Shown here: positions 55,946 through 64,000 of the stretch, piece by piece
How the letters are laid out: each line of letters begins with the position of its first letter
Numbering within the stretch: the first letter of the stretch is position 1
Virus record (IMG/VR): IMGVR_UViG_3300000756_000010
Strand: one strand, 5' to 3'
DNA length: 64,000 nt
Source: a virus
Made by a program: the position numbers and the translations under genes
The notes under the pieces: generated by a model
What the model was told of the DNA's origin: nothing
Databases searched by the model: none
Seen by the model: the letters and a program-made list of their open reading frames with translations, nothing else

Positions 55946-56536
55946 TCATCGGTATATTTGGTACACTTCAGACGCTACGGCACGAACCCCAGTAGGGTCA
56001 ACCGCCAATCGGGTATGGAGTATTTGCATCGCCGACATCATGTCAGCCAAGCTGCCCGCCTCTTCGTCGTTCGCCGGCCCGAAGCCTGGACGCTGAATCT
56101 CGACCGTCACGATCTGCACCTCAAGGTGCTTGGCCAGAAAGAGGTACTCATTCAAATAACGCCAATCGGAGATAAGGGCGATAGGGCGGACATCCAGCGG
56201 CGCGTAATCCATGAACAGGGCAACCTGAGCGTTCAAGTGCCGTGCGAAGATGTCTTTGTCTACCCCCCGGAGGGTACGTCCCAATTCGACCAGCAGCCCC
56301 CGATTCTTGACCTTAAAGTCTTCGGCGTGGAAATCTCGCTCGCCAGCTTTGAAAACCCCCATAGCCCGAAGCACGTCGTTCGCCCGTTCCTTCAGCACGT
56401 CGGCAAACTTAAACACCTCGGCACGGTTGCCGTTGCCGTTAAAGTGTTCCATCAGACAAGCGGCGAAGGTGTCCTTCCCCGCGCGAGCGACCCCGGTGAT
56501 CATAAAGACCAGCGGCTTATTGTTCTTAGGCATCAT
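55946..56536 (-). CDS. dNMP kinase-like protein (copy 2)
   Basis: Copy of 19394-19984. Confidence 0.75.
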   Translation of the reverse strand: MMPKNNKPLVFMITGVARAGKDTFAACLMEHFNGNGNRAEVFKFADVLKERANDVLRAMGVFKAGERDFHAEDFKVKNRGLLVELGRTLRGVDKDIFARHLNAQVALFMDYAPLDVRPIALISDWRYLNEYLFLAKHLEVQIVTVEIQRPGFGPANDEEAGSLADMMSAMQILHTRLAVDPTGVRAVASEVYQIYR

Positions 56537-57291
56537 AGTTTTTTGTAAACTGAAAGCGTTTCGTGAACTTTAACGGTATACCCCAAGCGTTTAGCCTGTG
56601 GAAGCATGATTTTCACTTTGCTGATTCCAAGCCTTGATACGACGACTTTGTCGAACGGAACAAAGCCAAGTTGGTGCATGATCAGTTCGGTCTGGAAAGT
56701 CAGGTCATAATAGATGCCGTCCTCGCGCCAGTCACCCGTCATAATGCAATAGGTCGCACCGTTCGACGCTTTGACTGCAAACCTCGAAAGCACGTCCTTA
56801 TATTCCAAAAGGAAACCTTGCCAGTTTTTGCAACGATCAAGCCCGTCGTCGCCAGCATACTTTTCCAACCCCCAGTAAGGGGGGCAGGTAAGCAGCCCGT
56901 CGTGCTGCGGGACTTCGACCATGCGGGAATCAGCAAGGGTATTCTTAACCCCATACTTTTCCAGCGCGTTGGCAATAGCTTCGCAAGAAAGGTCAAACCC
57001 TTGATAGGCACGGCCATGCCGCTTGATGGCGTCGCCACGTTCCCCCCATCCGGCAAACGGGTCTACAGTAAGGCTTGCCCCGCGCAGGAATAGGGCGGCA
57101 CAGGTTTCGGCCACTTCATATGGGAAAGGGCTGTATCCGCTTCGGCTAGATTGCTTGTTATGATTCGTATCACCCCGGACGCCGTGCTTGCCCATCGGCC
57201 CAATCTCCATGACGGATACTGGCAAGACCTCAAGGTGGTCTGCCGGCTTCGTCGTAGCAGGTATTTGGAATAGGTCTTCCATGCTAGGCAT
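56533..57291 (-). CDS. DNA methyltransferase (copy 2)
   Basis: Copy of 19981-20739. Confidence 0.75.
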   Translation of the reverse strand: MPSMEDLFQIPATTKPADHLEVLPVSVMEIGPMGKHGVRGDTNHNKQSSRSGYSPFPYEVAETCAALFLRGASLTVDPFAGWGERGDAIKRHGRAYQGFDLSCEAIANALEKYGVKNTLADSRMVEVPQHDGLLTCPPYWGLEKYAGDDGLDRCKNWQGFLLEYKDVLSRFAVKASNGATYCIMTGDWREDGIYYDLTFQTELIMHQLGFVPFDKVVVSRLGISKVKIMLPQAKRLGYTVKVHETLSVYKKL

Positions 57292-57292
57292 C

Positions 57293-58771
57293 TTAATTGT
57301 CAAAGATTCGACCGTAAATCTTTTGCAGGGGTGACTGACGATTAGCGGGTTTTTGCATACGCCAGTCGGATGAGATGGCCTTGGACGCCGATTCCTTGGA
57401 CAGACGCTCGGCACCGCGCACCCCGAATTGCTGGAGCTTACGCACCTGCTTTACGGTTGCCATATTAAGGGCTTCCCGTGCCTTCAGGCGGGCAATCATC
57501 CAATCAGCCTGGTCAGAGGTCATACCACGGGCGTAAACGCCGTGGCGGGCTAAATCGGAGGCTTGGTAGCCGAACATAGAGGACTCGGTAGTCGGAGCCG
57601 GCAGGACGAACCCAAAGACGGCACAAGCAACGGATAAATCGACCAGCCCCAGTTCCTTGGCTTCTTTCGTCGCCGACCGCTGCTCTTCAGCGGCAATACG
57701 GCGAAGCATACCCTCCTCGGCATGACGATCACAGGCTTCGGCGGCGTCCAGAGGGTCATGCCCACCTTCTATTGCTGCGGACTTGGCCATCGGGTGAACC
57801 GTGAAGGCGTCCGCCGGAGTGAAGGAATTCTCCCCGCTGATCCACATGGGGTCAAGGATGAGGCAATCAGTCTTGCCTGGAGCCGTGCGGAGACCACGGC
57901 CAATCATCTGGCACCACAGGGCACGGGACTGGGTCGGACGCAGCAGGATGACGCAATCGGTTTCGGGGGCGTCGAACCCTTCGGTGAAAAGGTTCACATT
58001 GCATAGCACCCGAAGCTCGCCGTTCTTAAAGGCTTCAACCGTGCCGGCACGGAACTTGCCCGTGCTGCCGTCGGCGTGTCCGGCCTCGACGCCGCGCTGG
58101 CGGAGTAGGGCGACCAGGCGGATAGAAGTATCGACCTCTGGCAGGAAGCAAATAGCCTTCTTACGATCCCAGCGGTTAAGTTCGGTAACGATACTATCGG
58201 CAACGGCCTCAAGGGCGTCGTCGTAACCGCGCAAGCGGATAAGGCTCATCTCCACGGGCATCTTTTGAGCCATAGGGCGGACAAGATGACCCTGCTCGAT
58301 AAGGGTGCGAATCGCAATCTCGTAGGCAGGAACGAATCCGACCGTTTCTAGTTTCTGGCGGTCGAGGCGATCAGGGGTGGCGGTCACGGCAACCTTCGGG
58401 CCGGTGAACACGGCGTTAAACTTAGCCCACGAAGAGGCAACGGCATGGTGGGCTTCGTCGAAGACGACCAGCGCGGTGGCTTTATCTTCGGCGGAAATAT
58501 GGTCAAAGTCGGCAGAAAAGACGCTCAGGGCTTCGCCTCGGACACCAAACTTATCCATCGTGGCCTTCGCCTGGTCGATAAGTTCCTTGCGGTGGGCAAC
58601 AAAGAAACACTTGCGGTTCGTACCAGTCTGCCAGCGCAGCATGATGCTGGAGGCGATTACCGTCTTACCGGCACCCGTCGGTGCGATTACCAGCGGGTTG
58701 ACGGCCTTCGCAATGAAGGACAGGGCTGCGGTGACGGCGGCTTCCTGATAATCTCGGAGCTTCAGTTCCAT
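57293..58771 (-). CDS. SF2 helicase (copy 2)
   Basis: Copy of 20741-22219. Confidence 0.9.
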   Translation of the reverse strand: MELKLRDYQEAAVTAALSFIAKAVNPLVIAPTGAGKTVIASSIMLRWQTGTNRKCFFVAHRKELIDQAKATMDKFGVRGEALSVFSADFDHISAEDKATALVVFDEAHHAVASSWAKFNAVFTGPKVAVTATPDRLDRQKLETVGFVPAYEIAIRTLIEQGHLVRPMAQKMPVEMSLIRLRGYDDALEAVADSIVTELNRWDRKKAICFLPEVDTSIRLVALLRQRGVEAGHADGSTGKFRAGTVEAFKNGELRVLCNVNLFTEGFDAPETDCVILLRPTQSRALWCQMIGRGLRTAPGKTDCLILDPMWISGENSFTPADAFTVHPMAKSAAIEGGHDPLDAAEACDRHAEEGMLRRIAAEEQRSATKEAKELGLVDLSVACAVFGFVLPAPTTESSMFGYQASDLARHGVYARGMTSDQADWMIARLKAREALNMATVKQVRKLQQFGVRGAERLSKESASKAISSDWRMQKPANRQSPLQKIYGRIFDN

Positions 58772-59206
58772 GTTACTTGGCGGCAAGGGTGCGGAACTTG
58801 TTGGCGTCAAGGATCGTGTACTGCGGACGCTTACCGCCACGGACGAGGACGATATGTTCGCAGGTCGGGTCGAGTTGGACGCAGCCGCGCAGTTCGGAAG
58901 CGGAGATACGCTTGTCGAACCAGTAGCGGTTAGGCTCGCCGCCGTGGCAATTGGTGACCTGACCAGCGTCATGCGGCCACTTGCACGTCCAGAGGGAGTA
59001 AGCCCATTCATTGGCGAATTCCGGCTTAAACCGTGCGATGGAAATGCACTCCTTATAGTCAGCGAGGGCGAGGGCGAGTTCTTGTTTCTTTGTGAGTTTC
59101 ATGGGTTTTATGGGTGGCATCTCCTGTTGTGTATATTGCCGTGGATAACACAAGCACAAAAAAGGAGGAACTTTCGTTCCCCCTAAAGTACCGCCTAGAA
59201 CCCCCC

Positions 59207-59656
59207 TTAGAAGGGGTTCTGGGCGGGTCCACCAGGCAAGCGGGTGAAAAAGGACGCCTGGTACGCCACGCCCTCGGAACCGTCCTTTTTCGTGTACTTG
59301 CGCTCGGTCACCTTGACCTTGAGCGTACGGGTGACCGCACGGGTGCAGACGGTGGTCAGGAAGGCTTCGTCCACCTCCAGCTCGCCGCCGGAGATGTACT
59401 TCTTGATTTCCTCGTCGTTGGCCGTGGCAGCAACGAACTGCTCCAGGCGGTCATGGCCACCGTTCTTGTCAGGCTTGGCGAACAGATCGCCGTAGACGCT
59501 CTCGCCTTCGCTGGTGACGAAGGTGATGCGGGCGTACAGGTCAGCGCGGGGCGGGAGGTAGTCCTGCTTGAACGCCGACACCGTGCAGGTGTAGGTGCCG
59601 GCCTTGGAGACGTACTTACGATCCTCGGCGGCGTTGGGGTTGAACTTGAATGCCAT
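59207..59656 (-). CDS. SSB-like protein (copy 2)
   Basis: Copy of 22655-23104. Confidence 0.65.
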   Translation of the reverse strand: MAFKFNPNAAEDRKYVSKAGTYTCTVSAFKQDYLPPRADLYARITFVTSEGESVYGDLFAKPDKNGGHDRLEQFVAATANDEEIKKYISGGELEVDEAFLTTVCTRAVTRTLKVKVTERKYTKKDGSEGVAYQASFFTRLPGGPAQNPF

Positions 59657-59697
59657 GTTATGGTATCGGGTTGTGGGTTATGGGTTTTGGGTGGAAA

Positions 59698-60486
59698 TTA
59701 CTGAACCCACTTGGGCAGAGAAAGGGTCTGAACTTCCTGCGGGTAGCCTGGGAACTGTTTAAAGGTGTTGCAGGACTTGAACAGGTCAATGGCCGAATTC
59801 ATCAGCACAAGACCCTTTTGGTGCGACGCTTCGTCGAGCGAATAACACGCCCAACAATTCGGGGCATCCTTTTCGACGGCCAAGAACACAAAGGCGTCGG
59901 CGTGAGCCAGCGTCGTATACCACGCCTCTTGTAAGAAATATTTATAATTAGCAATATCTCGACCGAACGATTCCGTGCCGGCGTCCATTGTCGTCTTTAT
60001 GTCTACAACAATTTTCTTTCCTTCTTTTGTCGTAATAATGGCGTCGAGCCTACCTTTGATGTCGGTGCCGTTCACACGACCAACCATCGGGACTTCGGTG
60101 ATCATGTACTCGCCGTCCAAGTCCTTCATCAATTTATCAAGACCAGCACGAGCAGCAATGGACACATTAGTGACCAGCTCGCCGTCTTTCTGACTGATGG
60201 CCTCTTGACCAGGCTTGAGCGAAGACTGAAATGCCGCCCAAATTTCTTTGCCGGCAGTCGTGCGCTTGTCACACTCCGGGGCTACGACAATGGTAGCGTC
60301 GAAGACCTTGGGCTGGAGTGCGGCAAGGTGAATGAGGCTTCCAAGCCGCTGTGCGGGCGTCTGCTCGTCACGATCACGCTCAAGGTACTGCTTAAAGTGA
60401 GCCGGGGAGCGGAGTAGCTCCTTCGCGCCGCTCTGGCTCAAACCGGCATGGGTGGAATAGGCGTCGTTGGGGATGAGGTTGCTCAT
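59698..60486 (-). CDS. RecE-like exonuclease (copy 2)
   Basis: Copy of 23146-23934. Confidence 0.85.
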   Translation of the reverse strand: MSNLIPNDAYSTHAGLSQSGAKELLRSPAHFKQYLERDRDEQTPAQRLGSLIHLAALQPKVFDATIVVAPECDKRTTAGKEIWAAFQSSLKPGQEAISQKDGELVTNVSIAARAGLDKLMKDLDGEYMITEVPMVGRVNGTDIKGRLDAIITTKEGKKIVVDIKTTMDAGTESFGRDIANYKYFLQEAWYTTLAHADAFVFLAVEKDAPNCWACYSLDEASHQKGLVLMNSAIDLFKSCNTFKQFPGYPQEVQTLSLPKWVQ

Positions 60487-60968
60487 GGGATGTAGATGAT
60501 ATGTTCGGTGAACCAAAAGTAGGCGTTGACCAAGCAAGCGACGGTGGCAAAAGTAATAATTAAGCACATGAAGATGTAGCCAACGCTTTCGACCGTGCTG
60601 TCCCAGTTAACGTTCTTGCGGACGATGAATATGCCTACCCAGAGAAAAGCAAAGACCAGAACGGCCATGCCTCCCGTGATTAGATCGAGTATGAGTTTAC
60701 GTTCCATGTTAGTTTTTAAAGATGTTGGTATAGTTTTTCTTGGCGGCGTCATCAACAATGCTGCGAAGATAAAGCAGCTCCCGCATATACTCATTATTCT
60801 GCTCGCGCAGGTCATTCATCTCCAGGCGAACCTCGAAACAGTTCTGGCTCACTTGGTGGAGAATCTGGGTAAGAGCCGTGACTTGCTCTTCCGGGGTGCG
60901 GTCGGGCAGGGGCTTGAACTCGTGAACGATGATGCCGTCGTCCTTTGCTTTGGTGGCTTTGGGTTTTT

Positions 60969-61736
60969 TCATAGGGTGAAATATTTGGCTTTGACCGCCG
61001 CCCAGAACGGTCCCGGCTTTTTGGCCAGCGTCTCGGCAAGGTCTGTGGAGATGTCTGCCCAACCCTGTTCGGGAGTCAAGTGTCCGCTTTCGCGCAGCAC
61101 GGCGACGGCGGCTGGCCGGTACTCGATATTGATCAGTTCGTCCAAAGTAACTTCCCGCTGGCTATAGGTCGGCTTCGACGCCGGCACAACTTCCAGTTCT
61201 TCAACCGTGTAGGTACCAAAGCAGCACTCCGGGGCAATAAGGCGGACGCCTTCGCTGATCGCACGGGCGGTCAACATACGGCGAGGCCACTTCTTCCAGT
61301 TGTCCTTTAGTTTGCCGTCTTTGCCCAGCGCGGTGCCATTACCGACGTACTCCTTCATGTCGGCCACAATTTCGGCGGCGGACGCTCCCTTGCGGAAGGT
61401 GGCCTTTACTTTGTCATCGGAACGCTCTTGCCAGACAACCGTGCCTCCGGCTTGCTGGAATTTGGCAAGCAAGGCGTCCGAACGAATGGCAAGTTGACCT
61501 TGGATAAAATGGTAAGTACGCGCCAATTCCAGCGGCGATTTCTTTTCGACCAGGCATTGCATGGCAAGAATCTCGCCCTGTTCGGGTTTATCCAGACCAA
61601 AGATGCCAGACTTAAAGATGGATAGACCGAGGGTCTTAATCGCTTGCATCGGATCAGAGATGCGGTCGTAGACGCCGGCGGTAGAGAATTCGTGTGCGGA
61701 CGGCTGCACGACGGGGATGATTTCGTTGGATTCCAT
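60969..61736 (-). CDS. recT: RecT-like annealing protein (copy 2)
   Basis: Copy of 24417-25184. Confidence 0.75.
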   Translation of the reverse strand: MESNEIIPVVQPSAHEFSTAGVYDRISDPMQAIKTLGLSIFKSGIFGLDKPEQGEILAMQCLVEKKSPLELARTYHFIQGQLAIRSDALLAKFQQAGGTVVWQERSDDKVKATFRKGASAAEIVADMKEYVGNGTALGKDGKLKDNWKKWPRRMLTARAISEGVRLIAPECCFGTYTVEELEVVPASKPTYSQREVTLDELINIEYRPAAVAVLRESGHLTPEQGWADISTDLAETLAKKPGPFWAAVKAKYFTL

Positions 61737-62361
61737 GTTAGGCGACGAGGTAAGCGAAGAAAAGGAAAAGACCGCCTAGCATCCAGCAGACCAGGCTGGC
61801 AAGCATCCCCTTGGCCATGTCGTCGTCGGTCTTATCGGCGGCGCGGCGAGCCTTGAGGACGCCTAGGAAGGCGACGGTGGCCACGCTGATAAAACAGGTG
61901 GCGGTGACCAGCAGGAAACTTTTAAGCACGGTCTCCATCAGGCGACGGCCTTAGCGGCGGCGAGGAGTTTGCGGCTGGAGATACGGCGGAGGACGCCATC
62001 CAGCATCATGTTGTACGACACCTTCGTGTTGACCACATACGGCTTGAGCCGGCGAGCAACGGTGCCGTCCGAAAGGACAACGTACTCGGTATCTGGAATA
62101 GATGCCAGCAGGCGAGCTGGCGGGGTCTTAACTAGTTTGGTGATCATGGGAAACTTAGACCAGGCGGTTCCAAGGGACGAGCGAATCCATCAAGGCTTCG
62201 GCGTCGAGTTCGGCCTTCAGTTCGCCACGGGCGACGAGCTGGAAACGGTGTTTGCCGGCGGCTCGTTCCTCACGGACGATACGGTCGGCTTCAGGGATGT
62301 CGGCCACTTCGGTGGCTTCGACTCGGTTGTGGTATTTCGTAATCATGGGGGTGGCTAGGAA

Positions 62362-62802
62362 TCAGAGGTTGAATTGCTGCGCGTGGGAGAGCAAGCAAAA
62401 AGCATCAGCTGTTTTGAGCGTAATTTTTTCCATCGTATTTGGGAAGCGACGCTGGGCTTCGGCCTTTAATTTGTTCTTCCACTCGGTCGTAGTATGCCCG
62501 CCGCCCTTCTTCGTACCGACGCCCATAGTCTTTTGCCACTCCTGCGGGGTCACCAGTACCACCTTGAATCCGCGCCCCTGCCACAGGCCGACGATCCAGC
62601 CGTAGGAGTAGCCCAGTTTGAACGACGCCGACGCCGGGATAGGGCCGACAAACGCCGGCACCTTCTCGATGACCACGGTCGTGTTGATTGACGGGCAAAG
62701 GTCGGCCAGTTCCTCGTTCCCGCCTTGGATGCAGTTTCCCGTATCACCGTGAAGCACCCAGCCGCCAGAGGCTCCGGGGTCGATGCAAAGATAGGACTTC
62801 AT
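62362..62802 (-). CDS. ruvC: RuvC-like resolvase (copy 2)
   Basis: Copy of 25810-26250. Confidence 0.8.
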   Translation of the reverse strand: MKSYLCIDPGASGGWVLHGDTGNCIQGGNEELADLCPSINTTVVIEKVPAFVGPIPASASFKLGYSYGWIVGLWQGRGFKVVLVTPQEWQKTMGVGTKKGGGHTTTEWKNKLKAEAQRRFPNTMEKITLKTADAFCLLSHAQQFNL

Positions 62803-62935
62803 TCGGATTTATCCAAAAGTTTCCTCATGGCTTCAATGATCGAATCTAACTTTTCAATTCGCTGTGCTTGAATGGACACCGTCTCTTCAAGTTCGTTGTT
62901 GGTATTTTGGAGCTGTTCCAGATAGGTTTCGTTTT

Positions 62936-63412
62936 TCATTTGATAAGTTCTCGGTAAATGTTGCCAACCCGCTCCGCAGCGTCCGCCTTACCTTTCGGTG
63001 CGGTAATTAAGGAATGACCAATTTTCTTCGCGCCGGAGTACCCCATGCTATAAGCAAGGTAAATTTGTTCGGGCGAAGGTTCTAAAATACCATCAGCAAT
63101 CAATCGTTCCTTGCACCACGTCACATAGGCCACGGCAATGTTCCGCTGGTTTTCTGGCACCCTCCAATGGCTTCGGCTGATTGTTGGCAAACCCTGTTTC
63201 TGCCGCCATTGATTGGCCGTCACCCATGCGGCGACGTGTACCTGCCAGGCTCCTAACGCCCTTCCGCCGTCCCCAATAGCGGCATAATTCATTCCGCTTT
63301 CGACGGCACCGATGGCGTTGGTTAACACAACCACCTGTGCTTTCTCACGTGCTTCCGCCGGCATGGCGGCAAGTACCGCAGCAAGGGTTAACATAGCAGA
63401 TGGATTATTCAT
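62936..63412 (-). CDS. Lysozyme-like protein with signal segment (copy 2)
   Basis: Copy of 26384-26860. Confidence 0.7.
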   Translation of the reverse strand: MNNPSAMLTLAAVLAAMPAEAREKAQVVVLTNAIGAVESGMNYAAIGDGGRALGAWQVHVAAWVTANQWRQKQGLPTISRSHWRVPENQRNIAVAYVTWCKERLIADGILEPSPEQIYLAYSMGYSGAKKIGHSLITAPKGKADAAERVGNIYRELIK

Positions 63413-64000
63413 ACCCCAAGGGGATGCCCCCCCAAAAAAGAAAGGCAATCAAATTTTTATCCCCCAGGGGGGGGAAATCCTTCGGAAAATAAAAAGGGGG
63501 CGCAATATTTTAGGGGGTCTTCGTTTTGGGATCATGCACGTTGGCCGTGCCCCGTCAGCAGAATGTATCCTATTTAATGCCCGTATTTATTGGCCTAAAG
63601 TTATCTATAATAAATCGACCTATGCAATTCGACGTGTCGACGGTGCGGAGATTATGGCCGGTTATTCTCCGCAAAAATGCGTAGGAAAATCCCAAAAAAA
63701 TCCCGACGCGCGGGTCACAAAACACTTTTTTTATGGGGGAACTTTTTGAAAATCAGCAAAAAGGGGGGGGGGCAGTATGAGTCCCAGGTGTCGACCCCCC
63801 TGATTTTTCAAAATTTGAATCATGCAATCATTAGTCAGGTTATAATGATTACCTAATCTTAGGTCGGCAACCTAAGATTCAAAGTGGGTTAAGCGTGGGT
63901 TAAGTGATCACATAAAACGCCCTTCATGGGCGGCGTTTAAGCTGAACAGCCTAAAATAGTAAACCGCCCTTTTCCAGCTTGGCGGGGATGCCAAGGGCGG

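Larger units (their letters stand above)
36553..64000. repeat. Second tandem copy of a 36,552-bp phage genome unit (repeats positions 1-27448)
   Basis: Sequence at 36553 (ttcgaccgcatggagacg) equals position 1; window end equals 27439-27448; all ORFs recur at +36552 with the same lengths and apparently identical translations. Confidence 0.98.

Overview
The window holds about 1.75 head-to-tail copies of one 36,552-bp tailed dsDNA phage genome: positions 36553-64000 repeat 1-27448, and every ORF recurs at offset +36552. No host DNA, integrase, DNA polymerase, tRNA or CRISPR array was recognised. The unit has four blocks. (i) A + strand late operon: HTH regulator, terS, PAPS-reductase-like gene, lambda gpA-type terL, gpW-like, lambda-type portal, S49 protease, scaffold, capsid, a short tail (392-aa tape measure), tail tip and fibre, and a lysis cassette with holins and a u-spanin-like lipoprotein. 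(ii) A - strand replication/recombination/DNA-modification operon: lysozyme-like protein, RuvC-like, RecT-like, RecE-like exonuclease, SSB-like, SF2 helicase, MTase, dNMP kinase, metallophosphoesterase, primase-helicase, Mom-like. (iii) A compositionally distinct, GGCGG-rich - strand block of small early genes including a Gp88-like protein. (iv) Two palindrome-rich intergenic regions flanking that block. The most notable observations are a five-copy compact late-gene motif TT(G/T)ACA-N3-GGCTAAA-N2-CA that cannot be a normal sigma70 -35 box, a candidate ~75-nt small RNA between terL and gpW, and three separate putative DNA-modification genes (Mom, MTase, PAPS-reductase/DndC-like). All functional calls come from motif recognition by eye; no database searches were run.
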